From: Nageia nagi
Taxonomy: Eukaryota; Plantae; Pinophyta
Assembly: GCA_050084985.1 (NCBI GenBank)
Contig: JBITNC010000001.1
Location: 102,486,001-102,550,000 of the forward strand
DNA: 64,000 nucleotides
Direction: 5' to 3'
Part shown: positions 1-12,778 of the stretch, piece by piece
Layout: every line of letters starts with the position of its first letter
How positions within the stretch are numbered: the first letter of the stretch is position 1
Notes under the pieces: model-generated
Told to the model about the DNA's origin: nothing
Database searches by the model: none
What the model saw: only the letters and a program-made list of their open reading frames with translations
Program-made: the position numbers and the translations under genes

Positions 1-1250
1 GTTGATGATATTGTACTTCTATCTTCAACCCTTGAGGGGCTTTATGTCATTTAGATGCATTATCCACTTTTTGTACCTTGAGACAATTGATATGAACCTA
101 TCAAAGACCAAGGTTATAATGTCTAATACTACCAAGGAGGCTCTATCCCATTTCCACTTCCATCTTCAGGGCGAGAGATGGAGATCACCATATCCTATGC
201 ATGCTTGGGAGTTCTCTTCACTAGAACCACCTTCTGGATGAAGCTTGTTACTCAGGCCCAAGTTTGTAAAGGGTATGCAACCCCTTCTTTGCTCAAGAGT
301 TGTTTCAAAGCACATTTCCAAGATACTTTAGTGAAGATGAAAATCTTTGATGCCTTGGTCAAAACAACTATAACCTATGGGTCAAAGATATGGGGTGCTA
401 TTATTGGCCCGACTAAATGGTCTCATATAAACACTTTTCCATCAAAGATTCATTTAATTCAAGGGCATGATCCCCATTCCATTATCTTGACAGAGTTTGG
501 GGCATTACCTCTTCAGATTGAGATCATCTTCTCGATCATCACCTATCTACATAAGGTCCATACCTTGGGAGATATCCCTTTGGGATTTAGACAATACACT
601 TACCTAGCTCTACACTCATTGATGGACCTCTCATCGATCCCATGGGGGGCTAAAGGAGTTGGTATTCCCAAGTCTCTACACTTCTGGCCATCATTCAGAT
701 ATAGATTGATAAACTTCCCCCTTATTCCTTCGAAGGCCCTCATCACCTCTCATCTTTAGATAAGGAGAAGATACTCCACAAGATTCGAAACGATATTAGT
801 CTCTAGTAAACCTATTGCACATGGATCTCTCCTACCACCACTCTCTCCCCCAAGTTGTCCTTCTATCACAAGCACTTTTTTCAAATATGAGATGGTTGGA
901 TAGTCCCTCCATAGTACCTGCATCAGCTATGATACATAGCATATGGATCTTGATGGGACAATTTAAAGTGTGTTGCCACTAGCTTTGTGTTGGATCATAT
1001 CATCTATTAAGGGATGAGTGAATCTGCTTATTTTGCTCCTCGGGAGAAATAGAAACCTTACATAATTTTATTTTTCCTTGTCTCATCTACTATGAAATTT
1101 GAGGTAGATTCCATTGCCTTTTTAAGGGCAACTCATAATCTTTATCCATCTTCTTCAAATACCTAATCCAACAATGCCTTGCACTTTATATTAGGCAAAC
1201 AACTCAATTTTGTCAACAAAGGAGCTCTCCTCCAAGGGACTCTCGTCCCC
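1..1250 (+). mobile_element. Decayed non-LTR retrotransposon (LINE), RT C-terminal half plus Cys/His motif; RTE/RTEX-like
   Basis: The window starts VDDIVLLSSTLEGL (YADD region), followed by NLSKTKVI, SYACLGVLF, KIFDALVKTTITYGSKIWG, ILTEFGALPL, and ICLFCSSGEIETLHNFIFPC near 1020-1080. Many frameshifts and stops. Confidence 0.8.
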
Positions 1251-1779
1251 CTCAATATCGACCCATCTCAACCTACTTAACCAGCTCTAATGAACAGATA
1301 GAAACATCAAACATGGAACCATTCAAATAGAGGAAGGGCCACTAGACACCACACACATGGACATTTGGGGCTTCAAATTAGTGAGAGGCAAATACAAATC
1401 ATCGACTTCTTCAAACTTGAATGTTAGGAGAGGCTTGTACATGGGGTCAAGGGCAAGCACCCCTTAGGACCGACACACTACACACAATTGGTTTGAAATG
1501 GATTGCAGCCCATCTGTCTCCTCTCTTCTTCCTTCTTTTTTTTTTGACCTGCTTCTTAGGTCACAACATTGTATTTATCTTTGTTCTTTCTTATGTTGGG
1601 TGCTTTGGACCACTTGTTGCTTCTTATTATTGTGTCCTTTTCACAATCCCTTGGATCATCTTTGGTCTCCCATGGATACTAATTATATTTCATTTCATTT
1701 ATCTTTACTTTATCCCAAAAACATTCACTTTATTGTATAAAGTTAATCCTTAGTCAACAATATCGTTGCTAATCTCACT

Positions 1780-4341
1780 TGCATCAGATTTGATTAGCTT
1801 ACATTGTCTCCAATAATCAACTACTTCTAAAAATGTGGAAGTTGTTATGTTTGCAGGTACTTTTTATTATTGAAAAATCGAAAGCCTCATATAGAATATC
1901 TCTATATGGTTGGGAATCTGGTTGAGTTGTTCTATCATATTATATGGTCTAGGGCCCTTTGGAAGCTCAACTCCTTCTATAGTAATTGGATTTATTGGAC
2001 TTTTAGGCCTTCCTCTCTATGCATGGGCACATACATATTGGTTAATGATTTGGAAGCTCAACCCTTTCTATAGTAATTGAAGTTATTGTACTTTCAGGCC
2101 TTCCTCTCTACACATGGGCAAATACATATTGGTTGATGACCACATTTACTGATTAGTTCTCTGCATTTTCAATACAAATAGGGTATACATTCTTTCCTTC
2201 ATTGATAAGTTGTTGAATTCCCCTTCTAAATCTAGCACATTGATTGGTTGTATGACTTCTAGTTTGATGAAATCCACAATAATACTTTTCATTATATCAT
2301 TCTGGTTTTTCTGAGTTACTATTATCTTGAGCTTTCTTTGGTGAAGGCTGAAGTAACTACTTTTTTACCAAATCCTTCAAAATGACTCTGGAACATATAG
2401 GGAAAGAAATTCTATCTTCCTTTTTTTTGTGTAGCTGAATTTGTTAATGTAGGTTGTTTTTCTGCAGCATATAAATGTTATTCCTCTTTCTTTGTTGGAT
2501 ATGCGTTTTTAGTTCCTTTTCTTGAACTAGCATTCCTATATTTTACTACTACTCCTCCAATGATAAACCTTTCTTTTCTTACGTAGCTTCTTGGTCATTA
2601 TACCAAAGGATTCATCCATAAAACCACTTGCATAGTGCTTGAGCGGTTCTAGTAAAGCTTTTGTGAAAAGCAGGTTGATATCTTCCTCATCTAATTTTGA
2701 ATTAATAGTTTGCCAAACTTTCTTGAACCAAGGGATGAACTTATGCAATTTCTCATTTGATTCTTGCCAAATTGTGTACAAATATGCTAGGGTTGCTTAT
2801 TGTTTGATGTTATATCTGTAATGATGCACAAATTTCTTGGCAACTTCTTGATAACTATTTAGGGAGTGAGTAGGAAGTTTATAAAACCATTCATTTACCT
2901 CTCCCTCCAAGCTTCTAGAAAAGAACCTAGCCATTAGTTTACAATCATATCCCATTTTAATCCCACATTCTTCTTGAAAGTTGATAAGAGTGTTGTTGAG
3001 GATCATTATCCCCACTAAACATGTCAAACTTTGGATTTCTGTAATCGGTGGGCAATGGTGCGTTAAAGATCTCCCATGCAAGTGGACTAATGACTGAACC
3101 ATCAAAATCATACACTACATCCTCATTCCCATTTATTTTTGGCTCAATCTGTTTCAATTTCTTAGCAATTTCTAATATTTGTGGATCTATGTTTTTCTGC
3201 CCATTGTCACTACCATCCTGACTAGCATTCTAATGTGCACTCTGATTTACATTGTTTTGACTGAGAAATAAGTTTAATTCCTCCATATACATGTTCATGC
3301 AAAAACCTTTTGATCAATTTTGAGTTTAGGTTTTTCATTTTTTCAATTTTTACAAGTTTCTGCAAAAAAATTCAAATCTATGACAAAAACAATATATCAA
3401 TGGATTGACCAAAAATGTAGACAAATAAAATGATTTTGCAATAATAAATACTATTATTTGCACATGAAATGAACATGGAAATTGACAAGGAAAGATGCAT
3501 CATTACAAGTGAAATTTGATTACTAGGGAAATCCTATATCTAGCATGTGCCAATTTGAAATAGGGAATGGGATACTTGTGCACTTGTTATTTGAAACTTG
3601 CTGCCAAAGCCTTCCCAAAGTGCACCTGAAAATTAAATAGTTTTTGGAGGATTCACGCTTGTCTAAGATTTTTCAGAGATTATGATCAACCTCAATGATG
3701 ATCAACCTCCTCATCAATGAGTAACCAAAACCAAATTTAAAATGAAAGAAGAACTTAAAACATGCTTGAAACAAAGGAATTGAGACCACAAAAGCCCTAA
3801 AAATTGGAATCAAAACCTATCGCAACTTTCCGAAAGTGAAGATCTCTCAAGACCAAGACCAAGGTTGATCCTATAGGCCTGAAAGATGACCTTGGTCTAT
3901 CCTATTTTAGAGGTATTTTGTTGTGGTGAAAGTTGTGGGGGCTGCCTAATGAGTTCAAGATTCTTGCTTCATGATTCACTTGCTCCATTTCACCTTAAAA
4001 TTTGTTGCTTTGGCATAAAATGTTTTCCAATTTTTCACAAAGGCTAGCAATAAATTTCTTAATGTCTTAGCTTCGAGATGATGATCTTGAGGAGCTCAAA
4101 AGTGTGAAAAAAAGAAGAATCAAGAGTGTTGATAGCTTGTTCACCAAAGAGATTGATGTTTTGAAATGCCTTTGATATCTCCTTATATACCTTGAAAAAG
4201 AAATAAGGCAATAGCACATTCTTCGATTTTGCTCTTGAAATTTGAATTTGCTTTATTGAAATTGCCTCCAAATAATTAAATCATTATAGATACCTAAATT
4301 AGTATTTTTAATAAATCAAAAATCAAATTTAGGTGTCTATA
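1780..4341 (-). mobile_element. Decayed Ty3/Gypsy (Ogre/Tat-like) fragment: 5' UTR and gag
   Basis: Retrotrans_gag-like peptides PKFDMFSGDNDPQQH and FFSRSLEGEVNEWFYKLP at 2536-3157, homologous to the gag at about 44850-45210. Boundaries approximate. Confidence 0.75.
1961..2139. repeat. Two diverged tandem copies of a 91-bp unit
   Basis: ggaagctcaa...catattggtt(a/g)atga starts at 1961 and again at 2052. Confidence 0.85.
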
Positions 4342-4697
4342 GCCTTCTCATCATGTTCAAATTATAACTTAAAAAAAATTGAGGTTCAAATACAACCTCA
4401 CTACATGTAAGGTTCAATGGAGTTGCTTGGCCAATCTCCTACCAATAATAAACCAAATAGGAACAAACTTATGCTTGTCTGCAATAAAATGTTGGATATC
4501 CTCCTTTGACCTATCCATCGCCTATTGATAACCCATTGGCATTTGGTCACCATCAACAAGGCAAAGAACATTGATCAAAGGTACAATCGCCTAAAAATCA
4601 TCAAATAAATAAATAAATTAGAAATTTAGATTTATGAGTTTAAATTTACGAATAAAGACAAAGTAAAAAATTGAAAAACATTGGACGCATTTAAATT

Positions 4698-5480
4698 ACC
4701 TTGATGATCTCATCAATGCCCCTCTAAAAAAATTCACAAACACTATCTTGATAATCCTCTCTCCATCTTCCTTCTTGTGAAAAGAAGGTCCATCCATTGT
4801 TCACTCACAAACATCTTCTTAAGATGAGTTCCTGCAGTTCAAAGGTTTTGCAATGCAATGAAGTTGGTGACAATCCGAGTGAGTTTTGGGCAAATACTCA
4901 TTTTACCACCAATGTGCTCTCTCACCAAATTAAGCACCCATGTCTGATTATAGATAAATTTTGTAAAGTTTATTGCTTCTTCAACCACACTTTCAAACCA
5001 TGAAAGTTTGTCAATGACCTTGAGAATGAGGTTAATGCAATAGGCTACACATGATCTCCAAAATGTACTGAGGTACTTCTCCTCAATAAGTCTCCCTGCA
5101 GGTATATATGTTGTGGTGTTGTATCTCATACTTAGACAACATTCTTGACACCTATTTCCGCTACCACCACCTCCAACAATCTAAAAAGAAGAAGTGCATT
5201 CGTACCTCTCTGGTGGCGTTAATAGACTTCAAGAAGACCATTAATCCACTTGAAGCCACTATGAAGTTGATGGTGTGTGATTCCTTAATATTTTTCCACC
5301 CATCAAATAAAATGTTGCATCCATATTTAAACCAAACCTTGTTTTGCTCCTCTACTAGAACACGTGTAAGCAACAAAATCATCAAGCAAACAAATGCTCA
5401 AATCGTTTGTGGTAAGGAGCTTCCTCTCCCAACAACAGGGAATGTCGTCATCATGGACTGCCAATAAGGACTATTTGCAA
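4698..5480 (-). mobile_element. Decayed hAT transposase fragment (DUF659-type region)
   Basis: GCNILFDGWKNIKESHTINFIVAS..VFLKSINA, AGRLIEEKYLSTFWRSCVAYCINLILK and TKFIYNQ..TRIVTNFIALQNL; frameshifted. Confidence 0.85.
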
Positions 5481-5489
5481 CATCAAAAT

Positions 5490-6096
5490 TGAGAATCAGA
5501 GGCAGGCTGAAGGATAACTTGTTATCTTGGGAGTCAAATCTTGACATTTTGCAATGACTAAATGACGAATCTACAGTATGTTTGATTATCTATGGGGATT
5601 GGTTTGGGGTCGATTTGGGTCAAGGGCCAAATCACTCACGTTCTAGGATGCAAGGTTCAAAACACCAACATTATGGGCTTGGTGGGCTTTTGAGGTGCAA
5701 CAATGTTGAATTTTCTTGCAATACCCACAAAAATAACTTACGGAAAAGCTTAGAAGAATATGATGAGACTTGCAAAAGATAATAATGTTAAAAGCATGAT
5801 AAAGAGATTGTTTGATATAAAACTGAGATGTTTCCAAATTTTATGATCATGTTTGTATCCCTTTCTATATATCAAAAGAGCTTTTGCTCTTAACCTTATA
5901 TAGAATTGAAGAAGTATAATTTTGAATTCACCTAGGTGTGTTTAACTAGGTCAGCATGTACATGTGATAATGTGAAATTAGAAGATGTTAATTTCCAAAG
6001 TGAACCCCAAGTGGATCCAAAATTGACATTTTGCATAAATCAAATAAACACTTAAAAGTCATTTTAAATAGCTAAAATGCAAATTTGACTGTCTAT
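5490..6096 (-). mobile_element. Partial LTR of the same family as the 9014/23008 LTRs
   Basis: The reverse complement begins tatagacagtcaaatttgcatttt and contains catcttctaatttcacattatc...cacctaggtgaattcaaaatta, matching 19830-19900 and 23530-23605. Left end approximate. Confidence 0.65.
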
Positions 6097-6941
6097 AGTT
6101 GTACATGGTCAAGCCAAGTAAAGAGCCAACTCCACTTAGATGCTAAGTACAAAAGTCTTGCAAGTACTGAAGAATCTATGACTATGCATCAGATAGATGA
6201 TCACTAAAAACTTATACCTTCAAGTTATTATATATAACCATCTACAAATAGCTTCCATTCATCTCCCTTTTAGAAATTGTATTATTATTGAATTGAATTC
6301 TGTATGGAGTTCATCTTAAAGAACTATTTGTATGAGCTATCAAAGTCACTTGAACTCTCTAACTACAATGTTGAAAATGTATTCCAAATGTATCACTTTT
6401 GGCCGACCTCCTCTTGGACATCTACCCATTCTTTCCTTCCTGAGCTTGTGGACATATTTCATTAGCTTGCCACTATTTCTTCATTATCACTGAACAGAAA
6501 ATCCACGTGGAGTATAAAAGTCACTGATAGTAAGGTCACATCAAATATGCTTTGACGCCAAATCCTTCTAAGCAAGAAGAGCATAAATGAACATTAAATT
6601 ATTATTAATAATAATTAATTGTTATCGTATATCAGTTTCCATCATATATATCATTCTCCATGTCTTTTTATGCATATTTACATACATGCAGTACAAACCT
6701 ATTGACATCCAACTCTTCTCCATTCAACAATAAATGTTTTATCCTCCCATAGGCATGCATCAGTTAAAACATGTAACTGAAAATCATGTCTACATTAGAT
6801 GCAAGACACCAATAGATTTTTTAAGGAAACTGAAGTGAAGCTGTCTAGTGATAAAAGCTTTAAATTTTCAATATGATAGCATAATTCAAAACTGCTTTTT
6901 CCTACATGGAAATCTCAAATCAACATTTTTCACAATCTAAC

Positions 6942-6988
6942 CTGATGCATTCTCAAGTTTAGTCCTGTAAGAGATTCCAAAGCTGCCA
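6942..6988 (-). CDS. SSR1: Exon 4 of SSR1/NDP1 homologue (VAALESLTGLNLRMHQ)
   Basis: Acceptor ttttgtttctcatggcag and donor CAG|GTTAGA. 47 nt, phase 1 to 0. Resembles recalled VVALEAIVGLLIQSGQ. No exon 5 was found in 1-6941. Confidence 0.85.
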
Positions 6989-7254
6989 CTGCCATGAGAA
7001 ACAAAAGTGAAGTACAAATATTAAAAGGTAAAGCAAGAGTAACTCCCATGTCCATATAATATCACATTAACTTCATTACAGAGGTAGAACATGAATATAC
7101 GGATTTAATCAGAGTGAGACACAGGTAACAAATAAAGTAGCCATTGAAAAGGAACACTAATCACAGTGTGAAGCTCCAAAATGCAGTTTTGGCACAAAAT
7201 CATAACTTGTAAACTGAAGAGTCCAAACTAAAAAATAAAAGCTACTTCTCATTG

Positions 7255-8430
7255 TTTGATAGACCAATAATTCCATAGGTAAATAGGGAAATCCTACCCA
7301 GACAGGGGCAGCGAATGGCAAGACTTCAGAATTGAAACTGGTGTTCAAACAGCTATCATATACTCACATCCTTGTGAACTTGGATGGTCCCCTCTCCACC
7401 AAGATCAGAATCCAAACAGAGGATCAGGTTTGGGAAGTACCTTTAGATTATGAGCACTTGCCCTTTTGGTGCAGACAGTACCATGAACACGGTCATCTTG
7501 CCCAGAACTGTCTTCTTACAGAGCAACATGTTGAAAGTCCTAATACACCTCCCAAATATTCCCCACCTCCCATACAAAAGCAGCCTACTCAACCTCCCCC
7601 AGTCCCCCTCCCAGTCAATAGAGACTTGAACAGGTTCCACTACCTTTAACTTGATGAAGTTACTGCGTTAGATTCTTCAACTACTCTTTAGGCATCCCCA
7701 GGTCATGAACCTAACTTGACCTCACCCCCTCAACCAATGGTTGCCCCGTCTCAATATTCAGGGGCTGCTCCAGAACCAATGCCTCAGTCCAAAGCAAAAC
7801 CCCTCTCAGCCAAGTCAAGGAATAGATCAATAGATGGAGGATTTCTCAGAATCAGACATTCCAGCACTAGGTAGTCAGTCCTTTCTCGCCAGTGCCACTC
7901 TAGTCCCTCCTCCCAGTACAAGCCCTAAATATCATGCTCCCAAACTGACTCCAAATGCTCTGAAATTAAACCATGCAAATGCTCACAAAAAAATAAGTTG
8001 AATATCAAAACAGGAACTTCTTCAGAAAAAAGCACTCGAAGGCATTGACATGGGCTCCCAATACCAAATCGATGACCTCCTAGATTCAAAATCTGTTGAA
8101 GCAACCTCAGTTAGCTTTCTGCTTGGAACACAATGGTCCTGCATTGAAACATGACTAGCACTCATTGCCTGCATCTGATCACAAACAGAAGTATTGGCAT
8201 CAGATAATTCTCCAAGCTGATCTCTTTGAGCATGCTCTGCGTGTATTGTCTTTACTAAATTTACAGTAGATCAATGACTTATCTCCTCCTGAGTTTTTTT
8301 GCATTACTGATTTTACTACGCTCCTGTAGGAAATAGATCTTTGTTTCGCACTTTTACAATGATTTTTCTATTGTTGATATGTATATATATATCTGAATTA
8401 ATTAAAAAAAAATTAATTACAAAAAAAAAA
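7255..8430 (+). mobile_element. L1-clade LINE derivative: ORF1 (DUF4283/zinc-knuckle type) only, 5' part inverted, poly(A) tail
   Basis: Plus strand reads LSYTHILVNLD..PLDYEHLPFWCRQYHEHGHLAQNC. Minus strand 7348-7265 reads FNSEVLPFAAPVWVGFPYLPME. A-tail at 8404-8430. No endonuclease or RT sequence. Confidence 0.8.
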
Positions 8431-8846
8431 GAGAGACACCAATAATGTTCATGGACTCGTTAATTGGAAAAGTGCAACTTATCCAATATTGCACCCTGGA
8501 TAAGTTAACTTATCAGAAAAAAAAATTCATTGAAAAACAATTAGTGTGGGATTAATTATTTTGCGTCTAATTGTTAATCTCCAGAGAAGGCTGGTTCCTA
8601 TAATTGAAAGCAAATTCTAACTGAAGTTAAAAATTAGAAATGTGAAGGATTTAGAGACTTGAGCCTTAGCTTATGGATAATTTGCGAGCTAGAGCAAGCA
8701 AATTTTGATAACTAGACTGAACTCAGGAACAGCAAAAAAATTCCAGCCTTCGTTTCAAGGTTAACCACTTTGCACTAACGGACACATATTAAATCTAACA
8801 TACACAATCCATACATTAAGGTAAAAATACCTAACAGCCGTAGTGA

Positions 8847-9032
8847 CAAAAGGGCAAACAGGACTGTTGACGAATAATCACATGCCCTTCATTACAATCA
8901 GTTCTGGCCCCATAAAAAAAGTGTAGACACTTAAATTGCAAAAGGGCAAACAGGACTGTTGACGAATAATCACATGCCCTTCATTACAATCAGTTCTGGC
9001 CCCATAAAAAAAGTGTAGACACTTAAATTGCA
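8847..9032. repeat. Perfect 92-bp tandem duplication spanning an LTR start
   Basis: caaaagggcaaacagg...tgtagacacttaaattg at 8847 and 8939. Confidence 0.95.
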
Positions 9033-9038
9033 ATTTAA

Positions 9039-9096
9039 ATATCTAAAATGATATTATATAAGTGATTATATCTAAAATGATATTATATAAGTGATT
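9039..9096. repeat. Perfect 29-bp tandem duplication
   Basis: atatctaaaatgatattatataagtgatt at 9039 and 9068. Confidence 0.95.
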
Positions 9097-12000
9097 TACC
9101 TTCCAGCAGCATGAATTTGATCCACCCCTTGTCTTAGTCACGACTGCCAGGATCGAGGTTCATTAAATTATTACAAGTCTTGGCACGGATTGCCAACTCT
9201 TAGTTATGACCACCTTGCATCGGACAGAAGACTTCGATGAGAAATCTGGCCCATGCCGAGAAAAGGTGGAGGTACAAGAGGATGTCAATCTATAGAAGAG
9301 GTGGAGGGAGTGTACTACAAAAGAAACCTATGCCTAAATATTTCTTCAAAATTCAGTTTTGAAAGGGGTAAAGATGGGAGGAGAGCTAGTTTAGATGGAG
9401 CCCTTTGTGTTGGCGGTGGAAAGGGATATAGCCCCTCTAATGGAGCCTTTTGGGTTTTTCCAATTCTTTAGGATGTTTAATAGGTTAGATGAAGGACTTA
9501 TGTGGCAAATTTGTAACTCATGGAATCAAGGTCAAGTTGAGGTGGAGGGGTTGTGTTTTGTAATATCCCCTCATCTCATTGCAAAGGTTTTGGGTTTGCC
9601 AAAGGTTGGTGAGTGTAATATTCCCAAATTTTGGCGTTTCACTCACTTTGTCACTTGGAAGTGGGACGTGCACCTTCATGGTGCTCTCTTAGTCATTTAG
9701 GCGTATTTTGGTAGTTTTAAAGTAATTTGGGAATATTTTAGAAATTTTAGCATTAGTTAGGGGATTTTTCTATATTTTATTACACTTGGAGGCTCTCCAA
9801 CATGGGATGTTGGACTCTGCGAATCATTATTTGTTATTTTTATTGATTAAATATTTGCAAATTGCATGGGCCAATTAAGGATGCTAAATAGTTATTGTAA
9901 TTGTAATACCAAGACAACTAATAATTGTAAATGCAATATTAGTCTCCTTTAGTGAGGCATTGGATATTTGAGCCTTGATAAGTCGTAATTTGGCATATCA
10001 AGGCACTTAAATGCCTCTCAATGTAATTATGCTTCCCCCTAAGCCAGACGCATCCCTAGGAGCAAAGCATGAAGATTCCAAGGAGGTGAAACTAATCCCA
10101 AAGCAGATAAAACATCATGAGGGAGGCATTGCACCTTGAGAGACACTCTGGCACGTTGGATGTGATCTTGTGGATCCCAAGGCACTACAAGCAATGAAAT
10201 CTCACCCATGAGGGGATCTAGACCCCCCACTCCTTGATTGTGATGATCTCAATGCATCTAGAGGTGGACGCAAGACAAGGAGGACACCCATAGTTTATAA
10301 AAGGAGGAAAATACCTCACATAAAGATATGTTTGTTTGGAATTTATTCTTCTTCTTCAAGTTGTGGGTGTTGGCTCCTTCCATTGCCTCTTGTGGATGAA
10401 AACCCACAAGGGAGGTGCTGAGACTTAGCGAGGTTTTAGGGCTATACGGATCGCTATTTTGAAGGTTAGCACACCTCAAAGGACTTGCTAGCTATTTGGG
10501 GGTGTTGGCATTACCCTAGATTATCTTAACACTGCTAGAGACCCTGATGTCTTGGCCATAGTTGGCAGAGGAGGAAGTCCTAGGAAAAAGCTTGCCCTTC
10601 TATGGGACAGCCCTAGTTGCTTGTTACTTGTTTTCAACATTTCCGAAGAGGTTCTTCAGCTAGGGCATCATTGCTCTAGATCAAAGGCATGTAATTCCGT
10701 TTCCATTGCAATATTAATAGAATTACAGTTGTGCCTCAATATTTTCTGTTATCTGGCTTCCATAGCTTAGACATTGGGATTATGGAGCCGATATTGTGCT
10801 ATCTTGTTGTTTTTGCCTGGACATTGAGCTTACTTTGGGTTAATTGCACTATTTTGAGTTCGACTGTGGAGATCTAGCGCTTTTGGGCTAGACGTTGGCA
10901 TTTCTAGCATTATTATTTGCTTTAAGAACTAGACGTTGAGTTATTGCTTGCCATTTTTCCCTTTAAGGCTAGACGTCTGCATTTCCAAAGCTTGGATATG
11001 GCATTTTGGGTATTTTTAATGCATTAATGGCTTGATTGGAAATTTTGGTGATTTTTAATTGCTTTTGTGAGCCCCTTTGGCACAATTTTGTATCAGCCCT
11101 AATCCGAAATATTTCAATGGTATCAAAGTCAAAGATTTTACCGACCTAAGGAGAAAAGAAGTAGAGATTTGAAAACTTTAACATCAATTTTCAATGAAGA
11201 CAAGATTCTGCCAATTTGCTGGGCAGAAACTTGGAAGGACATTTAAAACTAAGGATCAAGAAGGTTTCAGTAGTATCCTACTACCCATTTCATTGGTATC
11301 ACATTGGAAGAAAGAAGGTTTGAAACTTCTCCTCAATAATTTCAGTGGTAATCTAATTTTACTGAGAGATTTTAAGTGAATAGGAAGCTCAAGATCTAGC
11401 TAAAGGACTCCAAGGAGAGCTGCATTGGCTATTTTGGGACCATAACTGAGGAATCCAGTGCTTCAAAGCCAGACGTTGGGCATTTTTGACACTCAAATTC
11501 CAAAATGAGAGTCATCTTGGAGGTTTGTTGAAGCTAAGGAGGCATTCTTAACTTCTGAATCTACGAATTTCAATCTTGGGAGGATTTGTGGTACATTTGG
11601 GCCAATCAAATAGAAATTGTTGCATCAAGATTTCGAGATCGGGACGGGCAGGCAAGGCTAGCACATGCCTTAAAAAGTCACAAACTTGACTTTTGGAACA
11701 ATGCACCAAGCTTACAAGCTACCCAGGTTGAGATGAAAGATCAAAATTGTCAAGTCCAGCTGACAGGAACACCAAAAATCAAGAGAAATCAGGTTACTGA
11801 GTGAGTTTGGTGAACAAGGTGGGAAGTTGTATCATCAGGAACAAGTCGAAGGTGTCGAAGATGCTGCACGGACTAGACCTGACGATGAAGTTCTTAGATG
11901 AAAACTTCAAGGAATGCGTTGAGGTGTTGGGCCCACAAGCGCCATAGTCACAATTTTTATTTTTATTTTATTTTTAAGAAAATGCAATTATTTTACTAAA

Positions 12001-12473
12001 TACAGTTATTATTTGATAATTAATTCCTAAGTTTGTGATGGATGGGATTTGCTCCCACAAACTTGGAGTACATCTTGTAATGCCATGTGGCAATGTTTGA
12101 TTGGACCACTTATTATTTCTTGGAACTTGCAATTAGGGTTAGGGCAACACATAGGGGTGCCCTAAAAACTATTTATAGCCCATTAAGGCTCATTTGTTAG
12201 GGGATTAGACATTTTGCAAATTGGGCTACTTACACAATATTTTCAAACTTGCAAGTTTCCCTATTTTTATTGTGATATAATTTCAAGTAATTGAAATGAG
12301 AATATTTTCATTTAGAACTATGGAGGTGAATGTGTGTTACATCTCTATGCTATCTTGAGTGTTTGGAGCATTTTGCAAATCTTGCTAAGGTGGACGAAAG
12401 AGTGCTTGAAAATCTTTTGAAACATTTCAAGTAGTGTATGGTTGTGATGTTTCATAGTTTGCACATTGGACTA

Positions 12474-12778
12474 GTATGTTTTGAGATGACTCGTATATGT
12501 TGTTTAATATAGGAACTTCACTCCCTGTTTGAGTTCTATCCACGTCATATCTTTCCTTCCCATTCCCTTAGCACTGTATGTTTTGAGATGACTCGTATAT
12601 GTTGTTTAATATAGGAACTTCACTCCCTGTTTGAGTTCTATCCACATCATAACTTTCCTTCCCATTCCCGTAGCACTGTATGTTTTGAGATGACTCGTAT
12701 ATGTTGTTTAATATAGGAACTTCACTCCCTGTTTGAGTTCTATCCACGTCATATCTTTCCTTCCCATTCCCTTAGCAC
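12474..12778. repeat. Three near-identical tandem copies of a 102-bp unit
   Basis: gtatgttttgagatgactcg... starts at 12474, 12576 and 12678. Confidence 0.95.

Noticed and set aside
6200-6570. Candidate exon 5 of the SSR1-like gene
   Set aside because: The AG acceptors near 6566 and 6491 lead to stops within a few codons in the required phase, with no match to the expected DDAS..AD motif. Exon 5 is probably left of the window.
6804-8444. agacaccaata at 6804 and 8434 as a TSD implying capture of exon 4 by the L1
   Set aside because: Exon 4 sits in correct order and phase in its gene, and a closer degenerate TSD candidate exists at about 7258. Likely a chance match.
12474-12778. CRISPR-like array
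   Set aside because: The units are head-to-tail with no unique spacers, the context is eukaryotic, and there are no cas genes.
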